A stretch of 64,000 nt of DNA. Origin: a virus. The translations under genes were made by a program, and so were the position numbers. The notes beneath the pieces are model-generated. The model was given only the letters and a program-made list of their open reading frames with translations, had not been told where the DNA came from and searched no databases. The stretch covers positions 1 through 64,000 of the IMG/VR virus record IMGVR_UViG_3300020419_001178; one strand, given 5' to 3'. Within the stretch, counting starts at the first letter, position 1, and each line of letters begins with the position of its first letter. Below, piece after piece: positions 56,680 to 64,000 of this stretch.

Positions 56680-58158
56680 TTATAACTTCAAAATACATTC
56701 TACTAAAGTTTCTTCGTGTCTGTCATTGCTTTCTAAAGCAATACCTATCATGTCGCCGTTTCCGTCAACACTAGCTGTACCGTTATTAGCAATATATACA
56801 GACTCCCCTTTATTTACCGGACCTGTTATTCTTACAGGTACTCTTCCGACTAAGGCTACTGCTTGTCCTTCAGCTTCTGAATTCATTAAATATGCTGGTT
56901 TCATACTGATCACTCCAATACAAATTGCGTCATCACCTTCACATGCTGTAGCTTCTTTTTCTCCGCCAATCGTAATAAGCGTTCCTACAGGGTAATTTTG
57001 ATCAGTTTCGTATTTTTCAGCCAAGTCAGCATATCTAGCTTGTGTTGAAATACCATTGAAAACGTTTGCGGCTATATTACCACTTGAATCTCTTACTGCT
57101 ACAGTATTATTAGTAGCACTTGTATCACCTGTTCTAAAATTACTACCTACCTGTAAGTTTGTTGCGTTTGTTGCCAATCCAATAAATGAAGTAGCATACA
57201 TTGATCTAAATTTGTAATTGGTATCACCTATGTCATAAGTGGTTGTTGCTGTAGGAATAAGTCCTGCCGCTTGTACATGGAATGGTTCAGTAGTAACACC
57301 ACCACTTGATTTGACTTTAAATCTAATTTTTTGTCCAACTGTGTTATCAATTACTGCTTCGTCACCACTTCCTGATGTATCAATCTTAATTGCTAAATCG
57401 TTAGCATCACCAACTGTTAAACCTGCGTCTGTAAATCTTACAATACTGTTAAAATTTGCCGCACCTGATAAAGCATAATCACTAGCTGGTAAACCGTTTA
57501 ACTTATCTGCGTTAGTTGCTGTGCCGTAAAATCTAAATGTTCCACTTGTTACTCCATCAGTTCCTGATGTAGTATTTCTAAGTGTTAATCCCTGTCTTAC
57601 AACATCAAATCCTGTAATAACATTTTGCGGATCTGTAGCATCTATTGTAAATTCTGAATTACTAATAATAAAGACAACTCCGTCTTCTACAGTACCTTTA
57701 ATAATTGTTCTATTGTTTTGACTAGAGTCTCTAACTTGCCCTGTAACCATAGCAGAAACTGTAGCACCAATACTTTGAGGACCAATTAAAACAAATCCTC
57801 CAGCGGCATTTTGTGCGTATAATTGATTATTTCCACTATCCCACCAAAAATCACCAGTGGTTAATCCTACAGGTTGTGTTCCACTTACTTCTGCTCCACC
57901 TGTAGATCTAAATTTTGTACCATCGTAAAACTTCAGTTTGCTTCCTGAACTATCAAACCAAATCTGTCCTGTTAAGGGTGATGCTGGTTGATTAGCACTT
58001 GAAAAGTTTTCAAGTAAGTGTACAAAGTTTTCGTTTTGTATTTCCCCGTAGCCAGCATAGTTTTTACCAACTAGCTTTAGAGATGTGCTTTGATCAATAG
58101 TACCATCTTCAACAGTTGCTAACTGCGATCCGTTTGTTAAGTTTATTACGTATGCCAT
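56680..58158 (-). CDS. tail fibre protein with C-terminal autocleaving chaperone-like domain
   Basis: Shared N-terminal domain (LVGKNYAGYG..NENFVHLLENF..P..GQIWFD); C-terminal YADLAE...GVIS..PAY.MN...VALVGRVPV. Confidence 0.78.
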   Translation of the reverse strand: MAYVINLTNGSQLATVEDGTIDQSTSLKLVGKNYAGYGEIQNENFVHLLENFSSANQPASPLTGQIWFDSSGSKLKFYDGTKFRSTGGAEVSGTQPVGLTTGDFWWDSGNNQLYAQNAAGGFVLIGPQSIGATVSAMVTGQVRDSSQNNRTIIKGTVEDGVVFIISNSEFTIDATDPQNVITGFDVVRQGLTLRNTTSGTDGVTSGTFRFYGTATNADKLNGLPASDYALSGAANFNSIVRFTDAGLTVGDANDLAIKIDTSGSGDEAVIDNTVGQKIRFKVKSSGGVTTEPFHVQAAGLIPTATTTYDIGDTNYKFRSMYATSFIGLATNATNLQVGSNFRTGDTSATNNTVAVRDSSGNIAANVFNGISTQARYADLAEKYETDQNYPVGTLITIGGEKEATACEGDDAICIGVISMKPAYLMNSEAEGQAVALVGRVPVRITGPVNKGESVYIANNGTASVDGNGDMIGIALESNDRHEETLVECILKL

Positions 58159-58183
58159 CTATAACCCCTAATCATGTTATATG

Positions 58184-58191
58184 TATTTATA
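58184..58191 (-). promoter_or_regulatory. T4 late promoter TATAAATA
   Basis: Exact TATAAATA overlapping the upstream stop codon. Confidence 0.65.
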
Positions 58192-60022
58192 TTAAATTGC
58201 CCGGAGTTAGGTCTTGTACATAACCCCAGCTACCCCCATTTATCCTAAATAATTTTAAAGATCTTTGTACTGTAGATGTAATAGCACCTGTCACATCGTT
58301 AAATGTAGCATCTCCTATTACAGATACACTACCGCTATCACTTCCACCACCATCTAATTGTTGTACAACCACTAAACTTTTGTTGAAACTTGCGTTTAAG
58401 TTTGCCGCTGAAAGCGTTGCTGTAGCGCCAGTAGTGGCTGTACAGTGAACTCTAGCTTCACAACCTTCTACTTTTCCTCCTGCTGGAGCAATATCCTGTA
58501 TAATAGTTGCTATATTAGTATTTAGATTAGCGCCTGAACCTAATCCTGTTATATCTAAAGCCAAAGCAATCACTTCTGTGCCTATAGCTGTATCAACATA
58601 ATTTTTCGTTGTAACGTCAGTTGTTCCTGTAGGGTCTGATACTCCAGTAATTTTTCTTGGAGTAACAAAATTCATATTACCTGCTAGTGTTAAATTTAAA
58701 CCATTTCCACTACCGTCTACAACACCTGTGCTAACTCCTATACCGCCTGTAAAGCTGATGTTTCCAATGTTAGCTGTAGTTAAGTTACCAATAGATGTAA
58801 TACCTGGAGCCTGTGTTCCGTCTATAACATCTACACCGTTATATTTTAATTTACCTGTACCAGTAAAGTTTATACTATTACCTGTAGTCCAAGCGTTTGT
58901 AGATTGTCTCCACAACCATTCTTTATCTCCACCAGATGATTTAACAATAATACCTGCTGAATCTATCTGTGTATCGTTTAACAATGTACTGTCTGAACCT
59001 AATCCTAATTCTATGTTCTTATCTTCAACTCTTAATGTAGCTGAATCTATAGTTGTAGTTGATCCTGCCACTGTTAAATTACCAGAAACTTTTACATCTC
59101 CTGTGACATCTAATGTAGCACTAGGACTTGAATTGTAAATACCAACTTTACTATCTGTAGAATTAATTGTTATAGCATCTCGCTTACCTAAACTAGTAGT
59201 CATTCTAATAATGTAGTTTTCACCACTAACATTATTCTCTGATACAACACCAAGATTAGTTACTTTTAAAACATTGTTATCAGTCAATCCAACTGTAAGT
59301 CCGTTATTGTTTCTTATACTTAAAGCGCCACTTGTAGAATCGTCTGAGTCACTAGCTAAAAACTGTGCCGCTGTTCTAACAACACCCTGTGAATCAACAA
59401 GTGATGATGTTCTAGATGCCGTTCCAGCATACACAAAGTCTGAGTCTACAACGTTAAAACCTTTAACAACGTTTCCTGTGAAACTAGGAATTGTATCAAT
59501 GTTCTGAGGTGTAAAAGCAATTTTACTCCATAGTCCAACAAGTGTTCCTCCAACCCAATACTTTACAATAGTTCTACTTGTACCTGTGTTATCAAGAACA
59601 GTTACAACTTGTGGACCTGATCGTCCTTGGAACGCATTATATATAGGTCCTGCTAGTTCTAAGTCTGTACCATCAAAAAAGTAAAGTTGGTTAGCTTCGT
59701 TGTTTATCCATAAATCTCCAGCAACCATACTAGGCTGTGTTGATTGTACAAGAGGTCCGCCGCCTGTTGTCCAAGCAGTTCCGGTATATACTTTTAATCT
59801 AGATGTAGATGTATCCCACCAAATCTGTCCTGCTAAAGGTGTGCTAGGAGCAGATGAATTAGCAAAGTTTTCTAACAAGTGAACAAAGTTTTCATTTATA
59901 GATTCGCCAAACCCTGCGTAATTTTTTCCAATAAGTGAAATATCAGTTGTTGTAGTATCTATCTGTCCGTCTGCTAGATTAACAAGTAACGTTCCACTAG
60001 TTTTATTAATTTGATATGCCAT
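58187..60022 (-). CDS. tail fibre / baseplate fibre protein
   Basis: Same N-terminal domain; LDVTG, GNLTV.G.TT, VEDKNIEL, D.TTKNYVD fibre motifs. Confidence 0.78.
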   Translation of the reverse strand: MAYQINKTSGTLLVNLADGQIDTTTTDISLIGKNYAGFGESINENFVHLLENFANSSAPSTPLAGQIWWDTSTSRLKVYTGTAWTTGGGPLVQSTQPSMVAGDLWINNEANQLYFFDGTDLELAGPIYNAFQGRSGPQVVTVLDNTGTSRTIVKYWVGGTLVGLWSKIAFTPQNIDTIPSFTGNVVKGFNVVDSDFVYAGTASRTSSLVDSQGVVRTAAQFLASDSDDSTSGALSIRNNNGLTVGLTDNNVLKVTNLGVVSENNVSGENYIIRMTTSLGKRDAITINSTDSKVGIYNSSPSATLDVTGDVKVSGNLTVAGSTTTIDSATLRVEDKNIELGLGSDSTLLNDTQIDSAGIIVKSSGGDKEWLWRQSTNAWTTGNSINFTGTGKLKYNGVDVIDGTQAPGITSIGNLTTANIGNISFTGGIGVSTGVVDGSGNGLNLTLAGNMNFVTPRKITGVSDPTGTTDVTTKNYVDTAIGTEVIALALDITGLGSGANLNTNIATIIQDIAPAGGKVEGCEARVHCTATTGATATLSAANLNASFNKSLVVVQQLDGGGSDSGSVSVIGDATFNDVTGAITSTVQRSLKLFRINGGSWGYVQDLTPGNLI

Positions 60023-62112
60023 TAGCCGCCAACTCCTGAGTAAATTATATATTTGACTGTCAAGAAAGGATTCAGTACATTAAACGGTGTACCTAATTCT
60101 GTAATATCAAATGTTTCAAATTGTTCCAATCCAGTATTTTGATTGTATGTTATATTTCTTCTATTCAACAATCCTCCTGAAGAAGTTCTAGCTTGACCTG
60201 CCTGGTTACCAGTTGGCGCATCATATATAATTGTATCCGCATCCTGTGGTGTACCACTGTCATCTAGTATGACATAAAATTGTGCGCCTTTAGGCGATCT
60301 TAAATCGTGTTCGTGTTCAGGTAAGTTTTTAACATCAATGGATCTACTTTCAACTCCAGATGCTAATCCAACTGTATCAGCATTTACGTCTGTAACTCTA
60401 TTAGCACTTGTTCCTCCAAGGTTGTCAGCACCTAATGGAAATCTACCTCTAAAGTCTGGTAATCCAAAAAATCCAGAAGCAACTTGGCTTTGATCTTTAA
60501 ATTGAAATTGTACAGCGTTGTATAATGATAGATAATCTGCTATTCTTTTTTCACTTCCATCACATAGTAACCAACCTGCTGGAAGATTAACTCCTCCAAA
60601 CGGCACTATTGTTCCTACAGGAATAACTGGAACACTACTTACTAAAGCACTTTGTGATATCTTAAATACTCCTGTGCTATCCCCAGACACTCTGTTTATT
60701 ATTACTTCATCATCTTGTCTAGGTGCTGTAGCTAAAGTTTTGTTTGCTATAAATGTATTACTAATAGCTGTTGTAAATACTTTAGTTGTTCCGCCAGTAC
60801 TACCGTCAAATGTAATTTGATTTGAACTAACATCTCCAGATAATTGGAAAGTTGATGCTGTAGTTAATTTATTAGCGTTTGCTGATCCACCTGTAACTGT
60901 ACCTGTTACGTTACCAACAATATCTCCTCTAAATTGAACAGCATGTACTGTTTGCCATCTTTTGTCTGATGCTCCTAAATTATATGTTTGCGTAGCACTA
61001 GGTTCTATTGTTCCTGCTGTAGTTGTTCCTGCTATATTAACATTATTTCCTACCCAAAGTTTTTTAGCAATTCCTACGCCACCTGAAATTTTTACTGACC
61101 CTGTTCCAATACTTGTACTATCAGTAGTACCCTGAATGATTAAATTATTACTAGCTTGTATAGAACCACTAACATCTAATGCTTCTGCTGGAGTAATTGT
61201 GTTAATACCTACTTTTTCAGTTGAGTCTATTCTTAATACGTTTTTCTGTAGACCGTCATCGTTTTTAATTTTAAAATCTAATGGAGCACCCTGTGTTTGG
61301 TTTACCATCTGTCCTGTACCGTTACTTACAGCTATATCGATAGTATTAGTTACTCCGATTCTTAAACCTTTATCATTACTAATTATTAATTGTTCATTAG
61401 TAGTACTTGTTACATCACTTCTTAAAAATTTACTTGCCGCAACAGGTAGTTCATTAGCAGATACAACTAAATTTTCTGCTTTTTCACTTGTACCGTAAAA
61501 CTTGCCTATTCCTGCTCCTGATATATTAGCAGTTGATAAATTTAATCCAGGTTGAATAATTGAAAATCCTACAATAGTACTTTTAGGAGAAAATGATCTA
61601 GTTGAATAAATTGCTATAGGATTACCTTGAACTTCAATTTGTAGAACAGTATAATTAACTTCGTCTTTACCAGTAACAGTCGTAGGCTTTGCTCCTGTTA
61701 GCAAACCGTCACTATACTCTGGTCCTACTAGTGTCCAAGCACTTCCTGTAAAAATATATAATTGATTGTTATCTGTGTCAGCCCATAAGTCTCCTGTAAG
61801 TGATGTAGATACAGATGGAGAATTATTACCTTTTTTAAGTCCGCCGGCGTTCACCCATGATGTTCCGTCATAAAGTTTTAACGAATTGACGCCTGTTGTC
61901 GTATCGTACCAAAGTTGACCTTGTATAGGATTTCTTGGTGCTGTTGTATTAGAAAAGTTTTCAAGTATCTTTAAAAAACTTTCGGCGATGACTGAACCGT
62001 AACTTGTTGTATTTCTACCGGGAATGTCCAAACTAGTCGTTTGGTTGATTGTACTATCCTCGATAGATATAGTACCTTTGTTAGTGTCCGAATAATTAAT
62101 TGAGTATGCCAT
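60022..62112 (-). CDS. tail fibre protein with phage tail-collar domain
   Basis: Same N-terminal domain; PVGTIVPFGG...GWLLCDG...F.LPDFRGRF..G and C-terminal PFLTVKYII. Confidence 0.85.
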   Translation of the reverse strand: MAYSINYSDTNKGTISIEDSTINQTTSLDIPGRNTTSYGSVIAESFLKILENFSNTTAPRNPIQGQLWYDTTTGVNSLKLYDGTSWVNAGGLKKGNNSPSVSTSLTGDLWADTDNNQLYIFTGSAWTLVGPEYSDGLLTGAKPTTVTGKDEVNYTVLQIEVQGNPIAIYSTRSFSPKSTIVGFSIIQPGLNLSTANISGAGIGKFYGTSEKAENLVVSANELPVAASKFLRSDVTSTTNEQLIISNDKGLRIGVTNTIDIAVSNGTGQMVNQTQGAPLDFKIKNDDGLQKNVLRIDSTEKVGINTITPAEALDVSGSIQASNNLIIQGTTDSTSIGTGSVKISGGVGIAKKLWVGNNVNIAGTTTAGTIEPSATQTYNLGASDKRWQTVHAVQFRGDIVGNVTGTVTGGSANANKLTTASTFQLSGDVSSNQITFDGSTGGTTKVFTTAISNTFIANKTLATAPRQDDEVIINRVSGDSTGVFKISQSALVSSVPVIPVGTIVPFGGVNLPAGWLLCDGSEKRIADYLSLYNAVQFQFKDQSQVASGFFGLPDFRGRFPLGADNLGGTSANRVTDVNADTVGLASGVESRSIDVKNLPEHEHDLRSPKGAQFYVILDDSGTPQDADTIIYDAPTGNQAGQARTSSGGLLNRRNITYNQNTGLEQFETFDITELGTPFNVLNPFLTVKYIIYSGVGG

Positions 62113-62723
62113 TATTCATTAAATCCTGTCAAGCTCTGTACTCTGACTGTGTAGTCAATTTGTACTAATCTATTTAAACTTTTTTGTACTGGGTGGAAGA
62201 CCACATGCGTAAGTAATCTACCTGTTCCTGATGCGTTGTAACTGACCAGTCCTAGTTCGTCAAATACATACAAACTATTACTATTCGTAGCATTATCAAC
62301 AGCATCTTGTCCTGTTGGTTCACCATAGTCAAGTAAACATGTAACTAATATGTCTGTGTAGTTTGTTCCGCTAACATGTCTTGATTCTATCTTGTTTCTA
62401 GCAGGATCAGTGTTATTAACACTTCTATCATCTACTACTTTAACAAAAGTTTGATTATAAAGACTAGCATTTGTACCTGTGGAATTTGGTGTAAGGTATG
62501 TAATTATACCTGTTGGGTCAATGCTTGTACCACCATTTCCAAATGCCATCTGATATATGAACCCTTCGCCTGCGTTTCCTAAACTTTCAGCTAATGAAAT
62601 ACTCATATTCTCATAATGGATAGCATTACGCTTATCAACAATAATCTCACCATTTGTTGGGTCAAATATCTTGATATGCCCTTGTAAAAGCACCCCGTTA
62701 TTTTCTTTAAAATTGTCTATCAT
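62112..62723 (-). CDS. conserved virion structural (baseplate/tail) protein
   Basis: GHIKI.D, NAIH, FGNGG, LDYGEP, FDELGL, HV.FHPVQKSLNR; AATAAATA box at 62742-62749. Confidence 0.7.
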   Translation of the reverse strand: MIDNFKENNGVLLQGHIKIFDPTNGEIIVDKRNAIHYENMSISLAESLGNAGEGFIYQMAFGNGGTSIDPTGIITYLTPNSTGTNASLYNQTFVKVVDDRSVNNTDPARNKIESRHVSGTNYTDILVTCLLDYGEPTGQDAVDNATNSNSLYVFDELGLVSYNASGTGRLLTHVVFHPVQKSLNRLVQIDYTVRVQSLTGFNE

Positions 62724-62744
62724 ATCACTTTCCTACAACTGTAT

Positions 62745-64000
62745 TTATTTTGGTAGCTCCACCTTTTCCGCCTTAAAGAAACGTGCTACCAAACTTTCCG
62801 CATCATTTAAGGATTGTCCGCTTTCTGTCCATAGTGTACCTGTACGCCTAATGACTTGTATTTTAGCTAAATTTGCCGGTGTAGTGGTCAAAGTAAGCTG
62901 ATTTGTAGTGCCATCAACACTAAATTGAGCAGGTGATGTTATATCTGCTTCAGGTGAATCCTGATTTAGTGTAACATCGAACATCTGTATACTATTTTTT
63001 CTTAATCTTTTTCCAGCAACAAAAACTTCAAACTCATTTACTGAGCTAGGAATAAAGGATAATTCAAAAATACTTGTAGAACCGTCACCTACATAGTCTT
63101 CAGTCAATGTAGTATCTGCATATGGTGCTGTTTGCTGTAATCCTTGATTATATACGTCACTACCTGTAAGGTGTACCTCTGGCGCACCTGTTCCAAGTGT
63201 TGCTCTTTGAATTTGTTTCAATACATTACCTTGTTTAATTAAGAATGTTATTCTTTCTCCGTTAATGAATAAGATACCTGGTATTCCGCTATTTTTATCC
63301 GGAGCACTAATTGTAGTAGCATCAACTAGCAAGATTTGTTTATCTGTGACTTTTAAATCTTCAGCAAGTTTCAACGGAGCAACATCACCTAATCTTTTAT
63401 AGATATTTCTATTTAATATATCCTTAAATTGACTAAAGCCAAATTTAGGTGCTATAGGTCCATCTGAACTGTATTGTATTACTTCTACTACATCGTTGTC
63501 TGATAAAATACCTTCATACTTAACAAAGTTTTTATCATCTGTCAAGTAGTAGTCAACACTAGGAGTTTGTAGTTCTCCGTTAACAATAAACCAAATATAT
63601 TGAGCATCAATAGCAGGCTTACGTAATTGTACTAATCCTGCCTTTAAGTGATTGTATTGTATATGGTCTTCGCTTCCAACACTTAAGGTTGATCTTGCTA
63701 TGACATCAAAGTTTTGTCTTTCAAAATCCTGAATATCGTGTTTGCTATATGTAGTGATTTTTACTGTTTCTCCAATAGTAGGCGCAACATCTAGTTTCAG
63801 CACACCTGGTGTTTCTACCCAAGTATTTTGATTGTTAATTACTTCAACTGCTCCAAAAGCATATTCACCATCTGTTCTAATATACACTTCTAAAATATCG
63901 CCTGGTTGTCCTATTCCAGGTTCAAGTATAATACTACTATTAGCTGGACGTATATTAAATTCTGTAGCAATTTTTAATTCAGTTCCGTTTAATGTTGCTA
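62745..64000 (-). CDS. large virion structural protein, C-terminal part (starts beyond the window)
   Basis: Frame is open to base 64000; beta-rich repeats (V..NG, GDGST..F.L, EVFVAG). Confidence 0.75.
   Translation of the reverse strand, partial: ATLNGTELKIATEFNIRPANSSIILEPGIGQPGDILEVYIRTDGEYAFGAVEVINNQNTWVETPGVLKLDVAPTIGETVKITTYSKHDIQDFERQNFDVIARSTLSVGSEDHIQYNHLKAGLVQLRKPAIDAQYIWFIVNGELQTPSVDYYLTDDKNFVKYEGILSDNDVVEVIQYSSDGPIAPKFGFSQFKDILNRNIYKRLGDVAPLKLAEDLKVTDKQILLVDATTISAPDKNSGIPGILFINGERITFLIKQGNVLKQIQRATLGTGAPEVHLTGSDVYNQGLQQTAPYADTTLTEDYVGDGSTSIFELSFIPSSVNEFEVFVAGKRLRKNSIQMFDVTLNQDSPEADITSPAQFSVDGTTNQLTLTTTPANLAKIQVIRRTGTLWTESGQSLNDAESLVARFFKAEKVELPK

Noticed and set aside
1-64000. Stop-codon reassignment or a cellular origin
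   Set aside because: Genes are full-length in the standard code with all three stops used; gene content is that of a T4-like phage.

Overview
This AT-rich window (roughly one-third G+C by eye) is densely coding and comes from a large T4-like (Tevenvirinae/Kyanoviridae-like, probably aquatic) myovirus genome. I saw no tRNA, rRNA, CRISPR array or IS element. There are five blocks. (1) 1-7.7 kb: modular, Lys-rich putative internal head proteins with capsid-targeting-like N-termini and many I/L/V-x-E protease-type sites. These include a 1046-aa apparent polyprotein with an internal twin-arginine signal, followed by an unannotated 36-aa metallothionein-like gene. (2) 9.2-15.9 kb: replication genes (DsbA-like protein, family B DNA polymerase, sliding clamp) interrupted by DoxX and nucleotide-sugar genes. 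(3) 16.1-25.4 kb: a 7-deazaguanine DNA-modification cluster (DpdA-type transglycosylase, LxxxHRHxF T-fold protein, GT-B glycosyltransferase, PRTase, HIT, FolE, QueE), with no queC or canonical queD in the window. (4) 25.4-32.4 kb: RNase H, a MoxR-like AAA plus metallopeptidase-vWA pair, and hypothetical genes. (5) 32.4-64 kb: tail-fibre and structural genes flanking a ~22-kb biosynthetic island of alternating divergent cassettes under late-type promoters. The island holds 6 HxD..H dioxygenase-like genes, 4 radical SAM enzymes, a GMP reductase, an adenylate-forming enzyme, 2 aminotransferases, a carbamoyltransferase, methyltransferases, a nitroreductase and glycosyltransferases. Window-wide signals are near-consensus sigma70 promoters, T4-late-like (nn)TAAATA boxes, several probably leaderless genes, and strong apparent avoidance of GCWGC. 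All product calls come from motif recognition by eye; no database searches were run.
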